Shown piece after piece: positions 1 through 9,336 of a stretch of DNA of 64,000 nucleotides (positions within the stretch are counted from its first letter, which is position 1; every line of letters begins with the position of its first letter). Where the stretch lies: assembly GCA_964589735.1 (NCBI GenBank), contig CAZPUL010000002.1, positions 8,176 through 72,175 of the forward strand, in the 5' to 3' direction. The notes under the pieces were generated by a model, which made no database searches, was not told the DNA's origin, and worked only from the letters and a program-made list of their open reading frames with translations. Origin of the DNA: an uncultured Verrucomicrobiota bacterium. Its GTDB lineage: Bacteria; Verrucomicrobiota; Verrucomicrobiia; Limisphaerales; JAEYXS01. Both the position numbers and the translations under genes were made by a program.

Positions 1-456
1 AAGAACGGCACGAATCCGTTGCCGGGCGCTCAGTGTTCTTGGGATGACCTTGTCATCGTGACGCTCTCCGAATTCGGCCGCACCACCATCCAGAACAGCT
101 CCGGTGGCACGGACCATGCCGAGGCCGGCCTGATGATGGTGGCGGGTGGCGGGGTGCGCGGTGTGGGCAAGGACGGTGCGACGAGCGCCATCCTCGGCTG
201 CCATCCGAATGATTCCGTCCCGTGGGTCACGGGGCAGACGGGCAGCATGTTCGGCGTCAGCAGCCGCTATCTGAAGCGCTCGTACGATTACCGCTCGGTG
301 TTGGGACGCATCATCCGCGACCACCTGGGTGCGACCCAAGGCCAGTTGGACCGCATCATCCCGGGTTACCTCGACAGCCGCGAGAAGCTCCTGAGCGGCG
401 GCACGAACACCATCGACAATACCGTCATCGCTGGTGAACCGGACCTTATCGCGTGA
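1..456 (+). CDS. DUF1501 domain-containing protein, C-terminal part (5' end outside window)
   Basis: Frame 1 open from base 1 to TGA at 454-456; SEFGRT...GGTDH...GGGVRGG-like segment and C-terminal ILG...Y typical of DUF1501. Confidence 0.8.
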   Translation, partial: KNGTNPLPGAQCSWDDLVIVTLSEFGRTTIQNSSGGTDHAEAGLMMVAGGGVRGVGKDGATSAILGCHPNDSVPWVTGQTGSMFGVSSRYLKRSYDYRSVLGRIIRDHLGATQGQLDRIIPGYLDSREKLLSGGTNTIDNTVIAGEPDLIA

Positions 457-481
457 TGTGCATCCGTTGCCTGAAATAAAA

Positions 482-504
482 AAGCGCGGGCATTGCCCGC
501 GCTT
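482..504. terminator. Rho-independent, probably bidirectional terminator
   Basis: AAGCGCGGGCA-TT-GCCCGCGCTT hairpin between convergent genes, flanked by A-rich and T-rich tracts. Confidence 0.75.
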
Positions 505-526
505 GGAAAATTTACGTGCTCGTCGC

Positions 527-1237
527 TTACTTCGCTGCCGTCAGCTTGGCTTTCGTCTTGCCCCAACCCTCATTCGGCAGCGCCTCCCACACACGCAGGT
601 TGCGGAACGAAGCCGATTCACCGGAAACGGTGAACCCGAAATTAGCCTTGGAAGTCGCAATCAGTTCATTCGCACCCGCGACCGCCTTGCCATCGATATG
701 GGCGACCATCTCATCGCCCTTGAGCTCGAGCACCACGGTTTTCCAGACACCGGGTTTGATGTCCACCTTTTGCGTGCCGAACTTCACGGCTTTATCCGGC
801 CCCTCATGGTCGTGGTCATCCTTTTGCGCGGTGAAACCGTCCTTGTTGATGAGCACGCGGCAGACGTGTTCTTTCGCGTCATTGATGCTCAGGGTGGTCA
901 TCCGGCAACCATCCACCCGCACGTCATACTGGATGACGACGTCCTTGTATTGCAGGGGGAAACGGGCGACCGCGCCATGCTTGTCCTCTTTCAGTTCGGT
1001 GCCTTTCATCGCCCCGTCCGCGAACTCCCATTTGCCGGGGCGCAAACGCCAGCCCTTGGTCCACGCTTCGCCTTTCTTCACTGCCGGCGCAGCTTCCACC
1101 TGTTTGGTGAAATCTTCGCTCAGGAGCAGCTTGCCGCGCTCGGTCATGAGCGTTTTGGGATCGGCCGCGTGAAGTTGGGTCAGGGCCAGTGTACCGGCCA
1201 AGGTCAGGAATCGGGTCAGAGTTTTCATGGTGTTCAA
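527..1237 (-). CDS. Secreted DUF1080 (3-keto-disaccharide hydrolase)-like protein
   Basis: Signal peptide; concanavalin-like segments GKWEFADGAMKGTE, PLQYKDVVIQYDVRVDG, SGESASFRNLRVWEA. Confidence 0.6.
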   Translation of the reverse strand: MNTMKTLTRFLTLAGTLALTQLHAADPKTLMTERGKLLLSEDFTKQVEAAPAVKKGEAWTKGWRLRPGKWEFADGAMKGTELKEDKHGAVARFPLQYKDVVIQYDVRVDGCRMTTLSINDAKEHVCRVLINKDGFTAQKDDHDHEGPDKAVKFGTQKVDIKPGVWKTVVLELKGDEMVAHIDGKAVAGANELIATSKANFGFTVSGESASFRNLRVWEALPNEGWGKTKAKLTAAK

Positions 1238-1329
1238 GGAAGCCAGACGCCGAAGCAGCTACGGAAGTTACAGCCAGCTTGTACGCTTGGCTTTTCTGCC
1301 GCAACCCGGCACAACCACAGGAGCAAGAC

Positions 1330-2118
1330 GTGAGAAAAGCATACACATCGGCCCTGATCGTGACCGCCGTGGCTTGGGGCAGTGGCGCAGCACTGGCGGA
1401 GACGGTGCAACTGACGCCCACCGCCGATACCACCCTCATCGCCGTGAGTCCGGACAACAATCTCGGCGGCAAATCGTTCTTCAACGCCGGCACCACGCAG
1501 AATTTCACCAAGAACCGCGGTCTCATCCTTTTCGATCCTCTCTCGATCGTTCCCGCCGGAGCCATTATCCAGTCAGTTTCCGTGAAGTTCGAGGTGCTGG
1601 GCCAGCCGGTGGATGGTTATGCTCCGGGCATGTTTGGTCTGCATCGCATGAATGTTTCCTGGGGCGAGGGCGACAAGAATCCCTCCACGCAAGTCGGTCT
1701 CGGCCTGCCCGCCACGACGGGCGAAGCGACTTGGAACAATCGGTTTCATGGACAGGGTCTGCCATGGTCCCAACCGGGTGGGGAGGCGGGCGTGGACTTT
1801 GTTGCCCAGGCCAGCTCCAGTCAGATCGTGTATGATGTCGGCAACTCGCCTTACATCTTCGACTCCACCTCGGCGCTGGTTTCCGATGTGCAATACTGGC
1901 TGGACAATCCCGGCCAGAATCATGGCTGGATGCTGAAGCTGGCGGATGAATCAGTGGACTTCACTTCCCGCCGCTTTGGTGCCAGTGAAGGACCGGATGC
2001 CGCCATTCTATCCATCCAGTACGCCATGGTGCCTGAACCAGGAGCAATGCTGCTCATGGGGCTGGGCGGCGCGGCTCTCTGCGCTCGCTTACGCAATCGC
2101 CGTTTGTTGAAACGTTGA
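1330..2118 (+). CDS. PEP-CTERM sorting domain protein with DNRLRE-like domain
   Basis: GTG start at 1330 followed by signal peptide; ADTTLIAVSPDNNLGGKSFFNAGTTQN; C-terminal VPEPGAMLLMGLGGAALCARLRNRR. Confidence 0.75.
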   Translation: MRKAYTSALIVTAVAWGSGAALAETVQLTPTADTTLIAVSPDNNLGGKSFFNAGTTQNFTKNRGLILFDPLSIVPAGAIIQSVSVKFEVLGQPVDGYAPGMFGLHRMNVSWGEGDKNPSTQVGLGLPATTGEATWNNRFHGQGLPWSQPGGEAGVDFVAQASSSQIVYDVGNSPYIFDSTSALVSDVQYWLDNPGQNHGWMLKLADESVDFTSRRFGASEGPDAAILSIQYAMVPEPGAMLLMGLGGAALCARLRNRRLLKR

Positions 2119-2186
2119 TTGGTTAAATGGTTGAAACGTGAATCGATTCACGCTTTAACGCCTTTAACGATTCAACGAATTCCGAC

Positions 2187-3146
2187 CTATTTAGGCAGCC
2201 ACTTCTCCCACTGCTTGGCGATCTGTTCCACGTTCTCCTTCTTCACTTCCATGAGTTGCGTGTTGTCGATGGCTTTCGTCGGATTCTTCTTCAAGTGCAG
2301 CTTGTTCACCAAGTGCTCTACAGAGCGCCAGCCGTAGTTATACACATCCTGGCCGAGCAGCAATTGCACATGGCCGCTGCGCACGTAGCCGAGCTGTTGG
2401 GGCAGCGCATCCACGGAGACGCATTTCACCGTGCCGGCGGGCCACTTGAGCGCGTTGTCCGTGAAGAGCGGCCAGCCGCCGAGAAAGCCCCAGCCGGTGA
2501 TGTCCGGATTCGCCTGCATGACCTGCTCGATGCGCGCGACAGCGTCTTGCGGAGTCTCCTTATGATAGAAGATGTCCACGATGCGGATGCCGGGGTAAGC
2601 CTTCGCGCCCGCGCGGAAACCAGCAGCACGTTGCTGGAGGTTCGCCGCATTCGGATTGCCGTCGATGGCCGCCACGACACCTTTGCCGTTCAACAATTTG
2701 GCGAGCGATTCAAAGGTGGCCTTGCCGCATTCAAAATCATCGATGCCCACGGAGACAAAGCGCTGGCTGTTTGGTGCGTCGCCGGAGAAGGTCAGCACGG
2801 GCACACCATTCTTCACGGCCTTATTGATGGCGTCCGTGAGTTTGATGGCGTCTGAGCAACTGATGATGATGCCGTCCGCGCCGTTGAGCACGAGCTGCTC
2901 GATGTATTCCGCCTGCTTCTGCGCGTCCTCTTCGTTCGGCGTCCGCCAGTCGATCTTGATCTTGATGCCGTGCTTGGCGGCGAGTTCCTTGGCCGCATCA
3001 TTCGCTCCCGCCCGTGCCGCCTCAAAGAACGGATTGCCCTGCGATTTCGCGATCATACCAAAGGTGTAAGTGCGTTGGGCAAAGGAGGTTTGCGGCATGA
3101 GGAAGGCAGCCGCGAACAACGCCAAAAGGAATGTGAAACGGGTCAT
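2187..3146 (-). CDS. Sugar ABC transporter periplasmic substrate-binding protein (ribose-type, Peripla_BP_4)
   Basis: TFGMIAKSQGNPFFEAARAGANDAAKEL, GADGIIISCSDA, GIDDFECGKATFE; signal peptide from the internal Met MTRFTFLL. Confidence 0.8.
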   Translation of the reverse strand: MTRFTFLLALFAAAFLMPQTSFAQRTYTFGMIAKSQGNPFFEAARAGANDAAKELAAKHGIKIKIDWRTPNEEDAQKQAEYIEQLVLNGADGIIISCSDAIKLTDAINKAVKNGVPVLTFSGDAPNSQRFVSVGIDDFECGKATFESLAKLLNGKGVVAAIDGNPNAANLQQRAAGFRAGAKAYPGIRIVDIFYHKETPQDAVARIEQVMQANPDITGWGFLGGWPLFTDNALKWPAGTVKCVSVDALPQQLGYVRSGHVQLLLGQDVYNYGWRSVEHLVNKLHLKKNPTKAIDNTQLMEVKKENVEQIAKQWEKWLPK

Positions 3147-3251
3147 GCGAATGAGTGTATGGGTTGAGCGGGAAAAATCAAACCACAGAATGAGAGGCTT
3201 CATCCCTATTCCCGAACTTGCCTTCCTTCTTTGATGTGAAAGGATTCGGCT

Positions 3252-4244
3252 ATGTTCACCCGCTGGTTACCATCTCTACTGCTTGGCTTCACCGTGCTTG
3301 CTTCTGTCGATAAGGCTGTCGGAGCTGAGCCCGCTGTTGGCATACGGGGTGAAGTCGGGTGCAAGAGTAGTCCGATGAAAGTGGACCGGCTGGTGATCGA
3401 CAAGCCGGGCGTTTACGAAAACATCCAGGTGGATGGCAAATGGGTGGCCAGCAATCTGGTGAAGATCACCGCTGACAACGTCACCCTGCGCAACTGCGAG
3501 ATCTTTAATGGTCGCCACAATGGCATCACGGTCTATGCGACCAATGTGGTCATCGAATCCTGCAAGATCCATCATCTGCTCAATGGCACCTTCAAAGACC
3601 AGCAGGACGCCCACGGTATCACCGGACGTCCGCAGAATCTGGTGATCCGGAATTGTGAGATCTACTACGTCTCCGGTGATTCGGTGCAATTTGATCCGGG
3701 TCGCGGCCCGTGGGACAATGTGCTGATCGAGAATTGCACGTTCTGGAACGGACCACTGCCCGCTGATGCTGCGGGTTTCAAGAAAGGCGAACGTCCGGGC
3801 GAAAATGCGCTGGATACGAAACAATCCACCAAGAATCCCCGGAGCCGGATCACCTTGCGCAACTGTGTGTTCTACGGCTGGAACCAACCCGGCCAGATCG
3901 ACAACCTCGCCGCGTTGAATTTGAAGAATCACGTCGAGGTAAAGGTCGAACGATGCCTGTTCCGGGATAACGAGATCTGCCTGCGCCTGCGCGGTCCCGG
4001 CAGTGGCAACGGGCAATACGGTGGTGCCTTGGTCACCGTTGATGATTGCGCGGTTTATGATTCAACCGTTGCCCTGCGCCTCGAGGACAAGATCGTGAAT
4101 CTGAAGATTTCCCGGCTGGGCATTGGTCAGGGAATCAAAACGAAGGTGGTGTCCGCAGGTGGCGGCGCAGGAGCGGGTTTTGTGAATGAGGGGGAATACT
4201 CACCACCGCCGTATGATCAGATGTTGCGGAACTGGCGGCCTTGA
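3252..4244 (+). CDS. Secreted right-handed parallel beta-helix protein
   Basis: Signal peptide; repeated VTLRNCEIF, VVIESCKIH, LVIRNCEIY, VLIENCTFW, ITLRNCVFY. Confidence 0.7.
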   Translation: MFTRWLPSLLLGFTVLASVDKAVGAEPAVGIRGEVGCKSSPMKVDRLVIDKPGVYENIQVDGKWVASNLVKITADNVTLRNCEIFNGRHNGITVYATNVVIESCKIHHLLNGTFKDQQDAHGITGRPQNLVIRNCEIYYVSGDSVQFDPGRGPWDNVLIENCTFWNGPLPADAAGFKKGERPGENALDTKQSTKNPRSRITLRNCVFYGWNQPGQIDNLAALNLKNHVEVKVERCLFRDNEICLRLRGPGSGNGQYGGALVTVDDCAVYDSTVALRLEDKIVNLKISRLGIGQGIKTKVVSAGGGAGAGFVNEGEYSPPPYDQMLRNWRP

Positions 4245-4256
4245 GATGGGCAATCT

Positions 4257-4925
4257 CTAACCAACGGCGAGCAGTTTCACCTGCCGCGCATTGATCATCG
4301 CATTTAACCGCTCTTCCAGTCCCTCCACCGCTTCCGCGAAAATCTCCTGGCAATCATCTTCCGTGATGGGCAGGGATTTGCTGGCGGAGTGGACGAAGCC
4401 GGCCAGGCTTTGCCGGGAGTAGCTGATGAGGCCTTGGCGCAGCGGCAGCGAGAACTGTTGCAGTGCCAATCCATACACGAGCACATGCCAGCCGTGGGCT
4501 TTGTTCTCATCCACGGCTTGCAGATAGCGCATCACCACACGTTGATCGCGCAGGGGACGCAGGCGTTTCAATTTGCTGCGGCCGACGCGTTGGCTGGCGG
4601 AGGCGAGGTCTTTCTCGCTGAAGATCGTTTCCAACTGCTGGTCGAGCGTGATGAGGTCGCGGGCGAAGCCTTGCTGGGCGAATTGATGGGCCTGCAAGAT
4701 GGCGGGCAGCTCGATGGCTTCAAGGATTTGCTGCCGGTAATGGCTGAGAAACTGGCGTAGCGTGGCGGCGTCCTGCACCTTGGGCAGATGCCACGCAGAC
4801 GCAGCGCGGCCCAAGGCGAGAAATCCCTCCGGTGTGCTCACTTGCTCGAGCAACGGATTCGGATCGCCCAAAACCTCGGCGGCCTCACCGGTCAATCTGG
4901 CAGCATCGTCGAACACTTCGTGCAA
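4257..4925 (-). CDS. UreF-like (urease accessory protein-like) protein, orphan
   Basis: ELPAILQAHQ...DQQLETIFSEKDLASASQRVGRSKLKRLRPL...HVLVYGLALQQFSLPLRQGLISYSRQSLAGFVHSA resembles the UreF helical fold; by-eye similarity only. Confidence 0.45.
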   Translation of the reverse strand: MHEVFDDAARLTGEAAEVLGDPNPLLEQVSTPEGFLALGRAASAWHLPKVQDAATLRQFLSHYRQQILEAIELPAILQAHQFAQQGFARDLITLDQQLETIFSEKDLASASQRVGRSKLKRLRPLRDQRVVMRYLQAVDENKAHGWHVLVYGLALQQFSLPLRQGLISYSRQSLAGFVHSASKSLPITEDDCQEIFAEAVEGLEERLNAMINARQVKLLAVG

Positions 4926-5000
4926 CCTATCGCCAGCGGCCCCAGAATGCCAATCGGAAATGGGTGACAGACCGGTAAATTTTTATGCCCGCCAGCGAAC

Positions 5001-6524
5001 TTACTGCTTGGCAAACACCATCGGCGCACTCGCATTGCCGAACCGATTCACTGCCGTTAGAGCGATGGCATCCGCACCTTTGCCGCCGATGGCTTTCACC
5101 TTGGCCCGCGTGGTGCCGCTGCCATAGACATGCGTTTCCCAGTTGTTCCCGCGCTTCACTTGCAAGACCCAGTTCTGGATAGGATTGCCCGGCTCGATGC
5201 TCCATTGGATCTCGATCTCGCCCGAGCCGTTACCATTCTGCACCAGCAGCTTCGGCTTCGGTGGCGTACTCTGGCTGAGCCACGGTGAGGCGGGCACCAG
5301 CGCGTTATCTGTGTAGAAGCGGTCCATGAGCAGTTCCTGCACCTTGCCCTTGTTTGCAGCCAGCGGTTTGCTGTGCCACATCACATTGCCGGTGGAGCCC
5401 TTCTGTTTGCGCGTGAGCTCCATCTGGTGCTGGAAATCCGTGAGGGGCCATTTATCGATGATCTTGTCCAGATTGTTGCCCGGCCATATATGCCGCTTCT
5501 GCTTGTTGACGCTCACCCACCAGTCGAGCAGCAGGGGATAACTCTGTCCCGTCTCGCTCACGCCCCAGTAGAGCTGTGGCACATAATAATCACACCAGCC
5601 TTCCTCCAGCCACTTGCGCGAATCCGCATAAAGCTCCTTGTAAGCGTCCAACCCTTTCACTTCTTTCGGAAATCCCGGCCGCCAGATGCCGAAGGGGCTG
5701 ATGCCGAACTTCACCCAGGATTTCTCCTCCTTGACCATCTTGTAGAGTTTCTCCACGAAGATGTTCACGCTCTCCCGCCGCCAGTCGTCGCGCTCCAGCT
5801 TGCCGCCGTTTTTCTGATAACGGGCCCAGCTCACGTCATCCGGGAACTCCACCAGCTTGCCTTGCGCATCTTTCACCCGGTAGGGATAGAAATAATCGTC
5901 GATATGCACGCCATCGATGTCATAGCGCTTCACCACATCGCGGATGATCTTCAGCGAATACTCCTGCACATCAGGTTCGGAGGGATCGAGCCACAGGTAT
6001 GTTCCGTAACGCTTCACCAACTCCGGACGGGTCTTGCTGATGTGTGTGCTGGAGACCACGCCGGGCGAGGCGGTATTGCGTACGCGGTAAGGGTTGAACC
6101 ACGCGTGCAATTCCAAGCCACGCTTGTGCGCCTCTGCCACCGCGAATTCGAGCGGATCGTAATAGGGCTCGGGCGGCCTGCCCATCTCGCCGGTGAGATA
6201 CTCGGACCACGGCTCCAGCTTGGAAGCATAGAGCGCATCGCACATCGGCCGTATCTGCAGGATCACGGCGTTCTGATTCAGCTTCACTGCCAGGTCCAGC
6301 AGGGCGCGCAGTTCTTTTTGTTGCTCGCCGCTGGGCAATCCTTTTTTGGAAGGCCAGTCGATGTTCGACACGGTGGCGACCCACACTCCACGGAACTCAC
6401 GGTCGACGGCGGGCGGCTTGATCTCCGAGGGCTGATACGTGGCCGCCAAGACTGCACTGGAAAAGAGGATGGAGGCGATCAGACTGAGCCACCAGTGATT
6501 TCGGGGGAGAGATTTCACGCGCAA
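5001..6524 (-). CDS. Family 10 glycosylhydrolase (GHL10/DUF187-like), secreted
   Basis: REFRGVWVATVSNIDWPSKKGLPSGEQQKEL, VILQIRPMCDALY, YDIDGVHIDDYFYPY; signal peptide. Confidence 0.9.
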   Translation of the reverse strand: MRVKSLPRNHWWLSLIASILFSSAVLAATYQPSEIKPPAVDREFRGVWVATVSNIDWPSKKGLPSGEQQKELRALLDLAVKLNQNAVILQIRPMCDALYASKLEPWSEYLTGEMGRPPEPYYDPLEFAVAEAHKRGLELHAWFNPYRVRNTASPGVVSSTHISKTRPELVKRYGTYLWLDPSEPDVQEYSLKIIRDVVKRYDIDGVHIDDYFYPYRVKDAQGKLVEFPDDVSWARYQKNGGKLERDDWRRESVNIFVEKLYKMVKEEKSWVKFGISPFGIWRPGFPKEVKGLDAYKELYADSRKWLEEGWCDYYVPQLYWGVSETGQSYPLLLDWWVSVNKQKRHIWPGNNLDKIIDKWPLTDFQHQMELTRKQKGSTGNVMWHSKPLAANKGKVQELLMDRFYTDNALVPASPWLSQSTPPKPKLLVQNGNGSGEIEIQWSIEPGNPIQNWVLQVKRGNNWETHVYGSGTTRAKVKAIGGKGADAIALTAVNRFGNASAPMVFAKQ

Positions 6525-6602
6525 GCTTGATAAGTTGTGTTGCTGGCAAAGGCAAGCGCCATCAGCTTGACGGGCGTCTGCAGCCCATCAACCATCCTGC
6601 TC

Positions 6603-6971
6603 ATGGCCAAGAAAAATGAGTTCGTGTCGCACATCATCGAATCACTGGCCGCTTGGTCACCGGTGACGGCCCGCAGCATGTTCGGCGGTTACGGCATCTA
6701 CCGCGAGGATCGCATGTTCGCGCTCGTCGTCTACGACACGCTCTACTTCAAGGTAGACGAAATCAGCCGCCCGGAATTCGAATCCGCCGGTCTGGCTCCC
6801 TTCACTTATGGCGAAAACCGCGTGGTCATGGCCTATTATCATCCGCCGTTGACCGCCTTGGATGACCCGCAAGAACTGGCCGCCTGGGCGGAGAAAGGGT
6901 GGCAGGCGGCGATGCGTGCCACCGTCAAGCCGAAGAAGAAAACAGCCAAACAGCCCAAGAAAGCCGTCTGA
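6603..6971 (+). CDS. TfoX N-terminal domain protein
   Basis: ATG at 6603; VTARSMFGGYGIYREDRMFALVVYDTLYFKVDE...FTYGENRVVMAYYHPP; K-rich tail. Confidence 0.85.
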   Translation: MAKKNEFVSHIIESLAAWSPVTARSMFGGYGIYREDRMFALVVYDTLYFKVDEISRPEFESAGLAPFTYGENRVVMAYYHPPLTALDDPQELAAWAEKGWQAAMRATVKPKKKTAKQPKKAV

Positions 6972-7080
6972 AGCCCTTGATGCCAATGAAGTTGCCGCCT
7001 TTTCTTGAACGCCAAGCCTTTGCCAACTGCCTAAACTTTGGCTCAATAAATTCTGGCCTGAGAGCGTCAAAAGGCTAAGC

Positions 7081-8298
7081 TTGAAAAACATGTCCATCAT
7101 AGAGCGCACAGTCACGGTTAGCTGGCGTTGCCGCGTCCACTTCACGCAGCATGTCTTCGATCTGGGGAATACGACGCTGCGGGATACGCTGGCGGAGGCT
7201 GAACCGCAGAAGGTCCATAAGGCCTTCATCGTGGTCGATGAATCGCTGGCCAAGGCGCAGCCGGACCTGTTGAGCCGCATCGAGGCCTATTTCCGCGCCC
7301 ACGCGGACCGGCTGAAGCTCATGGGTTCGCCCATGATCCTCGAAGGTGGCGAGCGTGTGAAGAATTCCTACTTCCACGTTTCCGAGATACAATCGCATCT
7401 CGAACGCCACCATATCGACCGCCATTCCTACCTCATCGCCATCGGTGGTGGCGCGATCCTGGATGTCGTCGGCCTGGCGGCGGCGACGGCGCATCGCGGT
7501 GTCCGCCATGTGCGCATCCCGACTACGACCTTGGCCCAGGATGATTCCGGCGTAGGCGTGAAGAACGGCATCAACGCCTTCGGTAAAAAGAATTTCATCG
7601 GCACTTTTTGTCCGCCTTACGCCGTCATCAATGACTTCTCACTGCTCTCGTCTCTGCCTGAGCGTGATAAGCGCAACGGCTATGTGGAGGCGGTGAAGGT
7701 GGCGCTCATTCGGGATCGCGAGTTTTTTGAACGCATCGAGAAAGATGCTGCTGCGCTCGCTCGCTTCGACGCGGAGGCCATGCGCCCGCTGATCTATCGC
7801 AGTGCGGAACTGCATCTGAACCACATCGCCACGGGCGGCGATGCGTTTGAGTTTGGCTCTGCGCGACCCTTGGATTTCGGCCACTGGGCGGCGCACAAGC
7901 TGGAGCAGGTGTCGGATTACCGCATCCGCCATGGGGAAGCGGTGGCGGTGGGCATCGCGCTGGATACGGTCTATGCACGCCGAATGGGATATCTGGATGC
8001 CCAGTCCTGCGAACGAGTACTCGCCTTGCTGGAGAAGCTGGGCTTTGAATTGTTCGCCAACGAACTGCTGCTCGCGGATGGCACCGGCAATCTGGTGCTG
8101 CTGAACGGTCTGGAAGAATTCCGCGAGCATCTCGGCGGTCAACTCACGATCACGTTGCTGCGGGGCATCGGCGAAGGCTTCGAGACGCACGAGATGGTGC
8201 CGGCGAAGATTGTTGCTTCCATCCAGGAATTGCAGGAACGTCAGGCCATGCGCGAACAGCGCATCGTCCCGCTCACGGGCCGTCAAAAAGCTTCATAG
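7081..8298 (+). CDS. eboD: 3-dehydroquinate synthase-like protein of the EboD type
   Basis: IAIGGGAILDVVGLAAATAHRGVRHVRIPTTTLAQDDSGVGVKNGINAFGKKNFIGTFCPPYAVINDF and FGSARPLDFGHWAAHKLEQVSDYRIRHGEAVAVGIALD; annotated start is TTG, ATG 9 nt downstream. Confidence 0.7.
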   Translation: MKNMSIIERTVTVSWRCRVHFTQHVFDLGNTTLRDTLAEAEPQKVHKAFIVVDESLAKAQPDLLSRIEAYFRAHADRLKLMGSPMILEGGERVKNSYFHVSEIQSHLERHHIDRHSYLIAIGGGAILDVVGLAAATAHRGVRHVRIPTTTLAQDDSGVGVKNGINAFGKKNFIGTFCPPYAVINDFSLLSSLPERDKRNGYVEAVKVALIRDREFFERIEKDAAALARFDAEAMRPLIYRSAELHLNHIATGGDAFEFGSARPLDFGHWAAHKLEQVSDYRIRHGEAVAVGIALDTVYARRMGYLDAQSCERVLALLEKLGFELFANELLLADGTGNLVLLNGLEEFREHLGGQLTITLLRGIGEGFETHEMVPAKIVASIQELQERQAMREQRIVPLTGRQKAS

Positions 8299-8300
8299 CC

Positions 8301-9239
8301 ATGAATCGCCGCCGTTTTATCGGTCTGACCGCAACGCTCGGTGGCGGTCTTCTGACCGGAGCGGTGAAGGCGGCGGACGCTGGCAAGCCCGTGGGATTTG
8401 CGGTGGCCGGTTACCTGCCTGATTATCGGATCAGCGCCAAGAACCTTGCTCGTACGCAGCATCTTACCGACCTGATCGCCTTCTCCATTGAGCCGCGCGA
8501 CACCGGCGATCTGGAGTTTCGCTCCTGGGATGCCGGGGCTTTTGCCCTCCTGCGCAAGGCCCGTACCGATCATGGCTGCCGCCTGCTGGCTTGTCTGGGC
8601 GGTTGGGAACGCTCGGATGGGTTTCGTGCTGCGCTCAGTTCGGCCGAGGCCCGAGGCCGGCTGGTGCAAAACATCCGCACCCTCTGCGAAGAGGAGAAAC
8701 TGGATGGCATAGACCTGGATTGGGAACACCCGAAGACTTTGGGTGAGGCCCGCGATTACGGCGTCTTCATGGAATTGCTTAAGCTGGCCCTCGGCCCGGG
8801 CAAGCTGCTCACGGCCGCTGTGGCGGTGGATCAGACCTGGTGGGGAGAAAGCGTGAATCATCTGGATCGTGTCCACCTGATGGCTTATGACCAGCCGGGG
8901 CGTCACGCCACGGTGCAAGGCGCGGAAGCGGCCATCGACCGCTGGATCGATCATGGTGTGCCGGCCGGCAAGCTTTGTCTCGGACTCCCTCTTTACGGAC
9001 GCGGCATGACCCAGCGGGAACGGGCCATGGCCTACAGCGACATGGTGAACAAACCCGATTTCCGCACGGAAGCGGATGAATGGGACGGGCTATATTTCAA
9101 CGGCCCTTCCACCCTCGCGGCCAAGGTGGCCCTGGCGAAAAAGAAAAAGCTGGCCGGAGTGTTCGTGTGGGAGATCGGCCAGGATGCGGATGAGGACAAG
9201 TCCTTGCTGAAGGGCATCAAGGCGGCGGTGAAGAGTTAG
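8301..9239 (+). CDS. Glycoside hydrolase family 18 (chitinase-like), secreted
   Basis: DGIDLDWEHP (intact DxxDxDxE), LACLGGW, HLMAYDQPG; signal peptide. Confidence 0.85.
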   Translation: MNRRRFIGLTATLGGGLLTGAVKAADAGKPVGFAVAGYLPDYRISAKNLARTQHLTDLIAFSIEPRDTGDLEFRSWDAGAFALLRKARTDHGCRLLACLGGWERSDGFRAALSSAEARGRLVQNIRTLCEEEKLDGIDLDWEHPKTLGEARDYGVFMELLKLALGPGKLLTAAVAVDQTWWGESVNHLDRVHLMAYDQPGRHATVQGAEAAIDRWIDHGVPAGKLCLGLPLYGRGMTQRERAMAYSDMVNKPDFRTEADEWDGLYFNGPSTLAAKVALAKKKKLAGVFVWEIGQDADEDKSLLKGIKAAVKS

Positions 9240-9336
9240 GACCTCAGCTACGCGCTTGATTTCGATGTTGTTGAAACGCTGGCAACGAAGCTTTTCTCCT
9301 TTAGCTATTTCCCTGTTTCCCACACCCTGACAGTTC

